A stretch of DNA of 64,000 nucleotides from assembly GCF_009914755.1 (NCBI RefSeq), contig NC_060940.1. The stretch is one strand, 5' to 3'. Each line of letters opens with the position of its first letter. Within the stretch, counting starts at the first letter, position 1. Of the stretch, positions 1 through 13,719 are shown in pieces. The notes beneath the pieces were generated by a model. That model saw only the letters and a program-made list of their open reading frames with translations, was not told the DNA's origin and made no database searches. Both the position numbers and the translations under genes were made by a program. This stretch comes from the human T2T-CHM13v2.0 reference genome, Homo sapiens.

Positions 1-139
1 TTAAAAAGGAACCCAATAGAAATTATGGAGTTAAAAACTGCAATAACTGAAATGAAAAATCCACCAGAGGAGTCAAATGTAGATTTTAAGCAGGCAGAAG
101 AAAGAACTAGCAAACTTGATGAGTGGTCAGTTGAGATGT
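1..139 (+). mobile_element. Old LINE-1 (L1M) ORF1 fragment, continues off the window start
   Basis: Translation MELKTAITEMKNPPEESNVDFKQAEERTSKLDE resembles the L1 ORF1p coiled-coil region. Confidence 0.75.
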
Positions 140-731
140 GTGAGAGGGCCAATCAAAGATCAGCAGTGCCACTTAGCTGGACCTCTCTTAGGTCAGCCAA
201 CTTCCAGCAAATCCCCATATTTTTGTGCTGTATAGATACTGTTGTGATTCTGAGATTTGATGGTTGTATGATATGCAGCATTTTTGTGGCCATAGTTGAG
301 CAATACAGACTGTAAGGACCATGAGGGCCACTGATACATTTATGCTGTTCCCTGCTATACATCCAATGTCTGAAACTTAATAGATATTTATATCTAAATA
401 TATGTTAAAATGATTTCCTTTTAATTGGAAAGTGCCCTGTTAGTTTAAGTTTAGTCTCCTCATTCATAGAATAAGCAAATTAAAGTGGTTTTTAAGAAGA
501 TTATTCTCAAGACTTAAATTGCCTAATTGTTTACAGGTTGTCTGTAAAAACTTCTCAGCCTTAGTTGCATTGTATAGGATGAAAAAGTTCCACATAAATA
601 ATAGAAATATTTATTGAATATTCCTAATGCCAGATATTGGAAGTGATTTAAGAACAATATTGACAAGTGGTTCTCCTATGCTTAAATAAAAAGAAAATGT
701 CCTATAAATGGGCTATATCTTGTTAATTTTC

Positions 732-777
732 TCAAGACATGATATTCCTAAATATCAAGACATGATATTCCTAAATA
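732..777. repeat. Perfect 23-bp tandem duplication
   Basis: tcaagacatgatattcctaaata occurs at 732-754 and 755-777. Confidence 0.95.
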
Positions 778-1862
778 TCATGTACTCTCTTAGTTCTCCA
801 CCACACACCTAAAGTGCACTTACTTCATGGAAAACAGCTTTGTTTCCATAGTTACATTTCAATAGTATTATTTCAGCCCCACTCCATATAGTTTTTCTCA
901 AAAAGGTTATAGCATCTTGATGGAAAGTCAAACTGCATTTAACATTTAACTATAAAAGTGTTTTTTATCGAATATAATTCTTTCATTTTCTGATCTGTAA
1001 TGTGAAATTTGAGGAAGAAGATTTCAAATGTAATCCCAAAATTAATGTACAAGAACAAAACTCTTTGAGATATTATCTTAAGTATTATATTTTGAAATCC
1101 AATTCAATATTCAGAAATGATTATTTTACCCATTAAGTTGTTGACAGACAACATTGCTGATAAACGTGTTTCTTCAGAGTCACTTCATAATTTAATATGT
1201 GACGTCATATCAAATCTGTCTCTGGCATGGCTTCCCCCTTTTACTGTCAAGTCCTCTTGCTGGCTGCCTCATGTCTTTGATTCTATGATGGTTGAGGGAA
1301 GATGTGCCCACTTTGAAGCATAGTATTCTTGACCATCTCATTTTCCTCCTAGCAAACCTCTGTCTCTTTTGTCTGTTTCCTCCCTCCTCAAATAGAAATA
1401 ATCCAAGTATTTTGTCAAGTATTATAGATCTTAATGTCTAAATATGTTTGACGTGTAAGATAACTTTTGTGTTTAGCACATTGACTGACATGTTTATGAC
1501 TGTTTTAATGAATGTTTACTATTTTTATTATTGTTATCACTTATTATGAAAATTGAAAGGCAGACTTTGGAGCACAGTCTCTCTAACCCAACCTGCTTCC
1601 TTGCTAGTTTCCTATGTTCCATACTGACATATTCTTCAGACATATTCATACATGTTCTCCACTCTAAGTGTAAAATGTTGTACAGTCTGATTTACTTGAA
1701 AATAAAATCTGACACTCCAATTTCAATTACTCTTTTAAAAATTTTGTTTTTCCACAATTTCCTGTTCAATAATATTCATTGTCTCAATATTCTGGGAATA
1801 TTTAGCTGATCATCTTCAGCAAGAAATGAGTCTGATGATAATTCTGTCTTGTTTCTTGGCAA

Positions 1863-3910
1863 ATTTTTTTCCATAAATTATTGGGGTATGGGTGGTATTG
1901 GCAGTTCTTGTACTTGGATGTCTAGGTCTCTAGCTAGGCCAGGGAAGTTTTTCTTCTTTATTCCCCCAAATATTTTTTCCAAGCTTTTAGAATTCTCTTC
2001 TTCCTCAGGAACATCCATTATTCTTAGGTTTAGTCATTTAACATAATCCCAGACTTCTTGGAGGCTTCATTCTTATTTTCTTATTCCTTTTTCTTTGTCT
2101 TTGTTGCATTGGGTTAATTTGCATACCTTGTCTTCAAGCTCTGAATTTATTTCTTCTATCTGTTCAATTCTATTGCTGCAACTTTCCAGAGCATTTGGCA
2201 TTTCCAAAAGTGTGTCCAAAGTTTCCTGAATTTTTGGTTGTTTTTTCTTTAAACTCTTTATTTCCTTGAATATGTCTCCCTTCACTTCTTGTATTGTTTT
2301 TTGGATTTCCTTGCATTGGGCTTCTCCTTTCTCTGGTGCCTCCCTAATTAGCTTAAAAACTAATCTCCTGAATTCTGTATCCATTGCTGGTGAACTAGCA
2401 TAATTTTTGAGTGGTGCTGAAGAGCCTTGTTTTGTCATATTACCACGGTTGGTTTTCTGGTTCTTTTTCATTTGAGTAGGCTCTGTCAGAGGGAAGCTCT
2501 AGGGCTGAAGGTTGTTGTTCAGATTTTTTTCTCCCACGGGGTATTCCCTTGATGTAGTACTCTCTCCCTCTTCCTAAGGATGTGGCTTCCTGTGAGCCGA
2601 ACTGCAGTGATTGTTGTCTCTCTTCTGGGTCTAGCCACCCAGGGAGTCTACCTGGCTCTGGGCTGGTACTGGGGGTTGTCTGCACAGAGTCCTGTGATGT
2701 GAACCGTCTATGGGTCTCTCAGCCTTGGATACCAGCACCTGTTCTGATAGAAGTGACGGGGCACTGTGCAATGGACTCAGTGAGGGTTCTTAGCTTTGGT
2801 GGTTTAATGCTCTATTTTTGTGCTGGTTGGCCTCCTGCTGGGAGGTGGCACTTTCCAGAAAGCATCAGCTATAGTAGTATGGAGAGGGACCAGCAGTGGG
2901 CGGGGCCCTAGAACTCCCAAGATTATATGCCCTTTGTCTTTTGCTACCAGGGTGGGAAGGGAAAGACCATCACGTTGGGGTTGGGCTAGGTGTGCCTGAG
3001 CTCAGGCTCTCCTTGGGCGGGTCTTGCTGCAGCTGCTGTGGGGGATGGGAGTGAGAATCCGAGGTCAATGGAGTTGTGTACCTACGAGGATTATGGCTGC
3101 CTCTGCTGAGTCACGCCGGTTTATCAGGGAAGTGGGGGAAAGCCAGCAGTCACAGGACTCACCCAGCTCCCATGCAAACAGAAGGGCTGGTCTCACTCCC
3201 ATCATGCCCCCGCCCCCAACAGCCTGGAGTCTGTTTCCAGGAGGCGGGTGAGACAGGCTTGAAAGCTTGCCCCAGGCTCCCTGCTTCCCAGTGGCGAAAG
3301 AAAGGGGCTTGTTTCTTCTCCAACCCGTGGAGTCTGCACATTGGATTTGTGCCCGCCCCCAAGTACTGCCCATGAGGCTTCTTGCCCCATTCAAAATGTT
3401 ACAAAGTTCAGCTGGCAATTTCCTTCTCCCTGTGGAGTTTTACCCCCTGCTCCTCTGGCCGCCCTCCTGATGGATTCCTGTGGTGCCAGGAAGGAATGGC
3501 CTGCTTGGGGACCCAGTGAGCTCCCAGGGCCTTTCTGCTGCTTCCTCTACTCGTGTAATTCCCTCAGCTCTCTAAATTGACTCAGCTCCAGGTAAAGTCG
3601 GAAACTTCTCCTGCAAACAGACCTTCAGCTTCTCCAGTGAGGGTGTATGTTCGGGAGAGAAGGGTCTCCCTTTCCCACTTCCGCAGTTGGGGCACTCACA
3701 GCCATGTTCTTGCCATTGCACGCTCACGTGGGTGTCTCCCAGGTCCTGCGGGAGCAGTCCGCTTCCTTCAGAGGGTCCGTGGGTCTATTCAGGATTGCTG
3801 GTTTGTTCTTGCAGTTGATCTGGAGCTAAAATTCACAATGCAAGCCTCCGCACACTGCTCTGTCTGGAGCTGCAATCTAGTCCTGCCTCCCATCCGCCAT
3901 GATGATCCAC
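1863..3910 (-). mobile_element. L1PB-type LINE-1: 5'UTR plus first part of ORF1 fused to the extreme 3' end
   Basis: L1PB-like 3' terminus (ccataaattattggggtatgggtggtattg) at about 1871-1900; ORF1 and 5'UTR to about 3905; TSD tgtttcttggcaa at 1850-1862 and 3915-3927. Confidence 0.85.
2073..2471 (-). pseudogene. L1 ORF1p N-terminal remnant
   Basis: MKKNQKTNRGNMTKQGS...EFRRLVFKLIREAPEK...NRIEQIEEINSELEDK is typical of L1PB ORF1p; ends at a premature stop. Confidence 0.85.
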
Positions 3911-4255
3911 AGTCTGTTTCTTGGCAATATTCTTAATTTAATTTGTTGAGGTTGTAATTCCTCCTCTTCAATTCTTTTATCTAGTGAGTCACCAAATTCT
4001 GCTTATTATTCCTTTGAAGTCCTACCTATTCATCATTCTACCAGCAGAATGGCTTCAGTATTTAGGGCTGGGTTTGCATAAACCCAGTATTTGTGCTGGG
4101 TTTGCAGCACAAAAAAGGGCTGCACTTTTCTACTTGATTGTTCTGATCTCAATCTTTCCCTAGTTAATCCTTCTGTTATTCATAATCTGATAAATCGTAA
4201 AATCTTATGTTTATGTCTCTCAAAGATCTATAAGAATGTCTATACCGGCTAGCTC

Positions 4256-4361
4256 TAGGGTGACCAACCATCACAGTTTGCCTGGAACTGAGGAGGTTCC
4301 TAGGAAGTGGACCTTTCAGTATTAAATGCTGGAAACTCCCAAGCCAAACCAGGGCAGTTGC
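4256..4361 (+). mobile_element. MER81-like hAT (Blackjack) DNA transposon
   Basis: Starts with the tagggtgaccaacc TIR; internal gggacttttcagt-like core; about 110 bp. Confidence 0.65.
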
Positions 4362-5227
4362 TTTCTTTACCTGTGCATCACCAGACATGCTCTCAGTGTA
4401 GGCTTTTCTGTGTTGTCAAATGAAATCTCATTTTTCTAGCTACACAAATATTGATGCCTTCATTTAGAGCTTTTATTCTGAAAAGTGTTCCATCATATCA
4501 ACTTTAGCAGAGAAAACTTGAGACTCAAAAAATAATAACAAAAAAAGAAAGTAGTTAAATGCAAAACAATTTAAAGTCACTTTTGCTATTTAAATTTGAT
4601 TCCAAAGGATGTGCTTTTAGTATTTCACTGTACTACTTCAGATAGGTCCCTTCCTCTAGCTATGTTCCAATTTAGAATAGGAGAAACAAATGCATAATTT
4701 TAATTATGTTAAAAATATGTTATCAACTATGCACAGAGCACAATTTGAGTTGAAAAGGAAAAAGACTCCAATTTTGCTGGGGAAATAAATAAGGGAAGGT
4801 TTCAATGATAATGAGACATTAAACAAGACCTTAAAAATTAGAGAGTAAGACATGGCTGGAATGCAGACAAGAATAAGCACAGAAACAAAGATGTAGAGAG
4901 AGATTGCAGATCACGTAAAAATCCAGACGAAAACATATAAGTTGAAGAGTGGGAGATGGGTTCGGAAAAGATGAGAAAATATGGGATATCTTGAAAGACA
5001 AGTAAGGAATCAGTGCTTTATCCTTTTATTTCAGTTAGAATACTTGAACCCAATCATCTACATTTCCAGCCCAACAAAGAGATGCCCTATGAGTACTTAA
5101 CACCATTTTTCCTGTGATTTCAGAAGACTCCACTGCAGTGATACCTAAAAAGAGTTGCAGACAAGTGGAGAGTAATGTGGAGCCTCATTAGATGGCTATG
5201 CCCATAAGCCAACTGAGAATACTGTGG

Positions 5228-5516
5228 GGCCAGACATGGTGGCTCACGCCTGTAATCCCAGCACTTTGGTAGGACAAGGCAGGCAGATTGCTTGAGCTCA
5301 GGAGTTCAAGACCAGCCTTGGCAACATAGCAAAATCCCATCTCTACAAAAACAAAAAATTAACGGAGTGTGGGGGTGCATTCCTGTAGTTCCAGCTACTT
5401 GGGAGGCTGAGGCAGGAGGATCACTTGAGCCTTGAAGGTCCAGCCATGTTCGTGCCTCTGCATGCCAACCTGGGTGATAATATAAGACCCTGTGTCAAAA
5501 AAATAAATGAATAAAG
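5228..5516 (+). mobile_element. AluJ
   Basis: Dimeric Alu with J-type features (ttgagctcaggag, gaggatcacttgagcc) and an A-rich tail. Confidence 0.9.
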
Positions 5517-5584
5517 GAGAAAATACCATGCATGGGACTTAAAAGCAGATTTTTGAGTCTCAATCATTTTCCTACCTTACATAA

Positions 5585-5892
5585 TTTTTTTTTCTTTTTT
5601 TGGGGTGGAGTCTCACTCTGTTGCCCAGGCTGGAGTGCAATGGTGCAATCTTGGCTCACTGCAACCTCCACCTCCTGGGTTCAAGTGATTCTTCTGCTTC
5701 AGACTCCTGAGTAGCTGGGATTACAGTTTCCTGCCACTATGCCCAGCTAATTTTTTTTTTTTTTGTATTTTTAGTAGAGACGAGGTTTCACCATGTTCAC
5801 CAGGCTAGTCTTGAACTCCTGAACTCAAGTGATCTGCCCACCTTAGCCACCCAAAGTGCTGGGATTACAGGGGTGAGACACAGCACCTGTCC
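5585..5892 (-). mobile_element. AluS
   Basis: Full reverse-strand Alu with T-rich tail; flanked by accttaca direct repeats. Confidence 0.9.
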
Positions 5893-5904
5893 ACCTTACA
5901 CAAA

Positions 5905-6560
5905 CTTTAAGCAAACATTTACTAAATAGCTATTGTGGGATAAGCATTAGGCTGGATGCAGAGAAACAAACTTAAATGTAAAACAATCCCTTTCTTCAAG
6001 AAGTACATACTCCAGAGGGGAGGGAAAAAACAGACAAATATATTGCATTTAGGTCTTAAAGTTTCTAAATTATGTCGACCATTGATGATAGATACTCAGT
6101 CCATCTTGGGGAATCCAGGGAAAGCTATTCTGAAAAAGCCAGGCCTGAAATGATTTATAAAGAGTTAAGATACTAATAAAGGAACAGTAACATAAGAGAT
6201 AAGGAGGGGACAGAACTTCTGGGCAAAGTGATCAGCAAGAGGATTGTGGAGCACTGACTTTTACATTTTTAAGGCAAGGAGATGAGACTAGAAAGCAGGA
6301 TGTGTAAGCAGGATCAAGATAATGGAGAAACATTGTAAGCCATGTTGAGGAACAGCCTGTCTCCTGCTGAAAGTCACAAAGCACTGTAATGGTATTACAA
6401 TTAAAAAAAAAAAAAACTCAAAAAATAAACCACAAAGAAAACAGAAGAATGACATGGTCAGCATTACTTTTTAGATAGTACCTGCTAGAAGTCCTATAGG
6501 CAATGTTCCCATAACTAGGTCGAAGCTAGAGGCAAGGAGACTAGCCAGCAGGCAATTTTT
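5905..6560. mobile_element. Degenerate L2 fragments
   Basis: L2-like 3' motif (aacatttactaaatagctattgtg...) followed by purine-rich L2-like sequence. Confidence 0.4.
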
Positions 6561-7999
6561 GTACACTGGAAAAAAAAAGGGGGGGGAAAGATGATGGGAT
6601 CCATGCTAATATTCCATTTTCAAGGTCTTGCCTATAATTCCACATGCAGATGTTATGATATTTGGTGGCTTAACCTCATAATCAATATATTACTTGAGTC
6701 CCCTTTCATTTTACCTTAAACAGTGTTACTCTTCTCAGTAACAGAACAGTTCAAAGGAAGAGTTAGCAGTGTTACATTTTAGGAAAGTGTACCTAGCAAC
6801 AGCACAAACCAATCTATGGGCTCCTATTTCAAATTTAGAGTAACTGTGATGCAACGTAAAATACAAGTAAGCTTCCAAATCATGATTCTCTGTGCTTCAG
6901 AGTACTTTACCTCTCCTTTGGAGTTGATTCCCCTTTCCCAAAAGAGTGATTATGCACAGACCACAAGTTTCTATATCATAGAATAGAATTTATTTGGGAA
7001 CAAAATGATGGGATGAAAAATAAATAATCTTTATGCAGCAAAATCCCTATAGACAACTAGAGGGCCTGCTTTGCTTTGAAAGAGCAGATTCCTTGTTCCT
7101 TGTAAGTCAGTGGAAAACACATATAAAGAGTAGAGGGTCTGTTTTCTTCAGATTTTAAAAATTAGAATACTTTTGTGAAAACAAACATATCTGAAAAATG
7201 AAATATTAAAGTGATAAATTAATTTTTAGTTTTTGATTTGACTTTCTTATTCTATACCCCATGTCTTATAAGAAGTGTTAGACTTTAAAAAGAATGTTAA
7301 CCCGTTGAAATCGGATTAAGGATTCCCAGCAGACAGTGTAGCGATTTCAGAAAAAAACTTTTAAAAACCTCTAGGTTAGACATGTTTTATAATGATTGAT
7401 ACTCTGCTGCTATATTAGAAAATATCAACTAATAACCATGCTAAGTATTAAGAAGCAAAGACTAGAGGATCTTTAAAAAAAGAAAGGAAAAGAAAAATAT
7501 AACGTTTATATTTAAAGGTTGGGACACAAGTTTTCCCACTGTGACACAAGAGGACATAAGAACTAAAATATGAAGCCAGCTCTTCTTAAAAGTTTGTTGC
7601 CTTCAATATACAAGAAACTTGTGTTCTAAATTCCAATAATTGTTTTCAGAGAGAAATGGAACATAAAAATTTCTACGTTAAGTCAAGAATTTCCTGATTA
7701 ATCAATATTTTCAGCAAGAACTAGTGATTAAATGCTGCCACAGCAAAAATGGATGTTGAGTTGGAGTCCAAGTGCTCATCCAGGTTCACTCTCTGACCAA
7801 GGGACTCTCCCTGAACTTCGGCGTCATAATTCACACATTTCAAATTTGAACACCAGGAAAATGAAAAATCACTACATGCATGTGTCTTCTGGAATGGACG
7901 TGAATAGTCAAAACCATACTGAAAGCTAGCAGCCACTGAATTGCTGGAGAAAAAGCTTAAGAACTAGGCAAAACACTATAAGGAAGATAGGTAATTTAA

Positions 8000-8324
<325 letters not shown>

Positions 8325-8921
8325 CGGGAAGATTCTATTATTTAATCAGTTAATAACAAAATAACAACTTTAACAATTAAGCTGTTTAAAAATGTCCAAG
8401 AGCAAAAAAAAAAAAAAAAAAAAAAAGCAACCCCTCAGAATTATTCAAAGGCTATCAAATGCCTTTCAAACAACCTGGAAACAGGGATAATAAACAGTTT
8501 TGAGACAGCTGGGAAAATCTAGGGACAGCTGATAGAAAAGGGTAGTGGTAGAGGAGAGAGAGAGTAATAGAACGGTAAGAGTATAGTTTCTACTTTCAAA
8601 TTACAAAAATATTTTTGTCCGTTTGAGATTCATGGACAATGACAACAAAGCCACCCCAAAACAACAAAAATGTAGTCTGTATATATAAGGCACATTAGAA
8701 ATAGATAACAGGACACAGAGCTATTCAGTATGGATATATTACCTGCCACTGCTATTTTAATTATGAACATAAATCACTCAAACTCATATTCACACTCATG
8801 GAGCTTGCAGTTGCATAGGAAGGAGAAGTCATGTGTATTAGTGTCTATCTAAACTTTGAGGTATTTCTCATATGAGGAAATGTCATCAGAGGATTGGAAA
8901 ACTGCTAAATTCCAGCCTTGA

Positions 8922-9273
<352 letters not shown>

Positions 9274-10562
9274 GGAAGTGGTTTTTACATGTCTACATTC
9301 TATGTATGCTTCAAACATTAGTTCAGAGTTTCAGAGTACAGGTGGCGGGAAAGGAAGGATAAAACATTCCAGAGGAGAAAAAACACAATAAAGAGAAATG
9401 CATTAATAGTGTGTGATTGTTATGCATATTGTTAATACAATGTGAGTCTTAAGTAACTCATAGGAATTTAGTTAAAATATTGAAATTTGCAAAGGATTTT
9501 CTTGTACTATAAATGGGAACAAAATCAAGGTTATTCTTAAAGTAATTTAGTCTCTCCATGAAAAGTATGCCACAGTGAGTTAGAAAAAATAAAAGAGTGT
9601 TGAAAGGGGAAAGTATGTTTAATAGACCTTGTAATAGAAGTTATCGGGCTTTAAATCAGGGAAGATACGCTGGACTAGTGAAGACTTCGACTACCAAGCG
9701 GGAAACCAAAGTCAAACTCGATTCCGCAGAAGGTGAGATTTATTGGTTAAAGTCACTAAATCACAGAGATTGGAGGGGAACAGCATAGTGTCATGGGCCC
9801 TGGAAGACAGGACTTATGCCACCAAATTGCTTCCTCCTTTTCCAGCTATGTTTTACTCGGGGCGAATTCATTCTCTATTTCGCCTCCTCTGCGTGGGTGA
9901 AAATGTGACTGTTGGCAGCACCTATCTTCACACCTTCTTCATCAACAGAAATAAACTGAATCCCAAATAAAAATACTATTAATAATAACAACAATAATAA
10001 ATAAAAGAGTACTGATTTACCCATCAACTGGGGCTATGGCTATGGGAGTAAATTATTGTGATTGGCTGAGCTGGGTCTAGATTTTTATTCAGAGTTATTT
10101 ATAACATGTATGAAAAGGACAGCATCCACTTTCACTCCTGACCCTCAAACCCTATTAATAACAAAAAGCAAGGAGAACTAGTTGAGAAAAGCAGGATGCT
10201 ATTCTAGGGAGATACAGTAGAAAGTATATGCTATTTGGTCTCTTTTATACAAATTCTGTTATTTTTGGTTTTTTTTTTTGTTTTTTTTTAAACATACTCC
10301 ATTCTTTCATCAACCCTTACTGCCACTCTCTTTTTAGCTTTTACATTTTATTTAACTTCATTTTTTCTGTTTACTTACTATTTTATCTCTGAATGTCTAC
10401 TAGAGGAACACAGTAATTGCTCTTAAAATAAAATTGTATTGGTAATGATGATTCTGTCGGACATTAAGCCATACTCTTTCAGATCCAAAGAACACTGGGT
10501 ACTTGTTAGGCTCTGCCCCTCAAAGTCACTGGGGAAAGGCAAAAAAGCTGAAAGAGGAGAAG

Positions 10563-12825
10563 TGAGATGGTTTGGCTGTGTCCCCACCCAAATCCCATCT
10601 TGAATTTTAGTTCCCATAATACCCCTGTGTGGCGGGAGGGACCCATTGAGAGGTAATTAAATCATGGGGGCAGTTTTCCCCATGTTATTCTCAGGATAGG
10701 AGTAAGTTCTCAGACAATGTGAGAACTATATGATGGTTTTATAAGGGGCTTCCTCCTTTGCGTGGCTCTCATTCTTCTCCTTCCTGCTGCCAGGTGAAGA
10801 AGAATGTGTTTGCTTCCCCTCCTGCCATGATCGTAAGTTTTCTGAGGCCTCCCCACCCATGAAGAACTGTGAATCAATTAAACCTCTTTCCTTTATAAAC
10901 TACCTAGTCTCAGGTATTTCTTCATAGCGGCATGAGAACAGACTAGTACAGTATATTGGTACCAGTAGAGTGGGGTGCTGCTATAAGGATACCCCAAAAC
11001 CTAGAAGCAACTTTCGTACTGGGTAATAGGCAGATGTTGGAACAGTTTGAAGAGCTCAGAAAAAGACAGGAAAATGTGGGAAAGTTTGGAACTTCCTAGA
11101 GACTTGTTGAACAGCTTTGAAAAAAAATGCTGATAGTGATATGCAAAATGAAGTCCAGACTGAGGCGGTCTCAAATGGAGATGAGCAACTTGTTGGGAAC
11201 TGGAGCAAAGGTGACTCTTGTTATGCTTTAGCAAAGAGACTGGTGGCATTTTGCTCCTGCCCTAGAGATCTGTGGAAATTTGAACTTAAGAGAAATGATT
11301 TAGGGTATGTGGCAGAAGAAATTTCTAAGCAGCAAAGCATTCAAGAGGAAACAGACCATAAAAGTTTGGAAAATTTGCAGCCTGATGATATGATAGAAAA
11401 GAAAAGAAAAACCCATTTTCTACGGAGAAATTCAAGCCCGCTGCAGAAATTTGCATAACCAATGAGGGGCTGAACGTTAATCACAAAGACAATGGGGAAA
11501 ATGTCTCTAGAACATGTCAGAGACCTCTGCCTGGAGGCCTAGGAGGAAAAAATGGTTTTGTGAGCCCCCCTGCTGTGTGCAGCCTCAGGACTTGTTGCCC
11601 TGAGTCCCATCTGGTGCAACTGTGGCTGAAAGGGGCCAAGGTACAGCTTAGGCTTCAGAGGGTGCAAGCTCCAAGCCTTGGCAGCTTCCACATTGTGTTG
11701 AGCCTGCATGTGCACAGAAGTCAAGAATTGAGGTTTGGGAACCTCTGCCCAGATTTCAGGGGATATATGGAAACTTCTGGATGTTCAGGAAGAAGTTAGC
11801 TGCAGGAGCAAAACTCTCATAGAGAACCTCTAGTAGGGCAGTGTGGAAGGGAAATATGGGGCTGAAGCCCCCACACAGAGTCCCCACTGGGGCACTGCCT
11901 AGTGGAGCTGTGAGAAGAGGGCCATGGTTCTCCAGACCTAAGAATGGTAGATCCACCAACAGCTTGCACCCCATGTGCCTCGAAAAGCTATAGGCACTCA
12001 ACACCAACCTGAGAAAGCAGTCTGGAGTTGGGCTTTACCCTGCAAAGCCACAAGAGCAGAGCTGCACAAAGCCGTGGGAGCCCACTTCTTGCATCAGCAT
12101 GTCCTGGATGTGAGACATAGAGTTAAAGGAGATTATGTAGGAGCTTTAAGATTTAATTACTGCCTCACTGGATTTTGGACTTGCACAAGGCCTGTAGCCC
12201 CTTTGTTTGGCCAATTTCTCTCATTTGATGCCTGTACCTGAATTGTATTTAGGAAGTAACTAATTTGCTTTTGCTTTTGATTTTACAGGCTCATAGGCAG
12301 AAGGGACTTGCCTTGTCTCAGATGAGACTTTGGACTTCAACTTTTGGGTTAATGGTGGTATGAGCTAAGACTTTGGGGGACTGTTGGAAAGGCATAATTG
12401 TGTTTTGAAATGTCAGGAAGTGAGCTTTAGGAGGGGCCAGGGGCAGAATAATATGGTTTGGCTGTGTCCCTACCCAAATCTCATCTTGACTTGTAGTTCC
12501 CATAATCCTCACAAGTCATAGGAGGGACCTGGTGGGAGACAATTGAATCATGGGGCAGTTTCCCACATGCTATTCTTATGATAATGAGTAAGTTCTAATG
12601 AGATCTGATGGTTTTATAAGGAGCTTCCCCCTTCACTTGGCTCTCATTCTTCTCCTTCCTGCCACCATGTGAAGAAAGACATGTTTGCTTTCCCTCCCAC
12701 CATGACTGTAAGTTTTGTGAGGCCTCTTCAGCCCTCCAGAACTGTGAGTCAATCAAACCTCTTTTCTTTATAAATTACCCAGTCTCGAGTATTTCTTCAT
12801 AGCAGCATGAGAACAGACTAATACA
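10563..12825 (+). mobile_element. Full-length THE1 (THE1C-like) MaLR: LTR 10563-10950, internal 10951-12448, LTR 12449-12825
   Basis: Two similar LTRs starting tgagatggtttggctgtgtcccc / taatatggtttggctgtgtccc and ending gactagtaca / gactaataca; typical THE1-int between them; 5-bp TSD agaag/aggag. Confidence 0.92.
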
Positions 12826-13719
12826 AGGAGGAAAAAAAGATTATGTTTCTTTCTTTTTTTCCTTTTTTTCTTTTTGCTTTATCTTCCTCTCAGTGTGAAC
12901 ACAGCAAGGTTTCAGTCTGTAGATTTTCCATCACCTGCAGAATCAACCCCATCACTTCCCTTTCACTCCCTTAAGAGACAGCAGAATTATCTGATTGGCA
13001 TCCACCTGGGTCCCAAACACATGGGCCTTTCTCTGAGCTCAGAAACATACCAGCACCTTCTGTCCAGTCCTGCCTCCTGGAGGCTTGAATCTCAGTTGTA
13101 CAGGGCTCCACTTTCAAGCTTCTATGTTTCAATAATTCTTCTCTGGGTTCTCCCAATCCCAGGGATGGTATCTGCTTCCTGAGTTTGTTCCCTCTTTAAT
13201 ATTTTAGTGTTATCTTCTTCCTTTTCAGTTTGTCAATACCTAGCTAACAATAGTTTATTTTATATAAAATCTTTTATGTTAAAATAAATGTATAGTCTCT
13301 GTTTCCTGACTGGTTTCTGCCGGATGCAATGATGATATTTTTTCAATGCAGTTTTGTTTGTAAGATTTCGCCTCAGGCACTCACACCTCAAATACTTTCA
13401 ATGAATATTTACTTGTCTATTGTACATGGGATATTTGTATGTTGGGCACAATACCAGAAATCTCATCTTCTTCTGATTCAGTAGAACATTCGCCAGATCA
13501 ATATTGTTAAAAGGAAAGTTCTATAGTAGAAAGAAAAAAACCTAGATTCACAGAACACATCTTTCCAGGAAATTATATGTTCTATTAATGACATTAAGAA
13601 CTGTTAGAAGTTTCTGAGTAATCATTGTCTGGAACACAAATAGAGAATCACATCTCTAGGAAAGCCACCTTATCTCATTTAGCTCAAAAACCTCAATTAG
13701 ATGTTGTGGAAATAGGTAT

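Noticed and set aside
2440-3936. Dense cluster of ORFs on both strands
   Set aside because: All lie in the GC-richer L1PB 5'UTR, where stop codons are rare; not genes.
7714-7990. Possible plus-strand exon (ttttcag acceptor, ag|gtaatt donor) containing a 65-aa ORF
   Set aside because: Weak sites, no homology recognised and no partner exons; not distinguishable from chance.
8404-8426. Isolated A23 run as a polyA-only retro-insertion
   Set aside because: Flanking repeat (agc/agcaa) is too short to call a TSD; simple expansion is equally likely.
11001-12512. Several 60-113 aa ORFs
   Set aside because: Decayed THE1 internal and LTR sequence.
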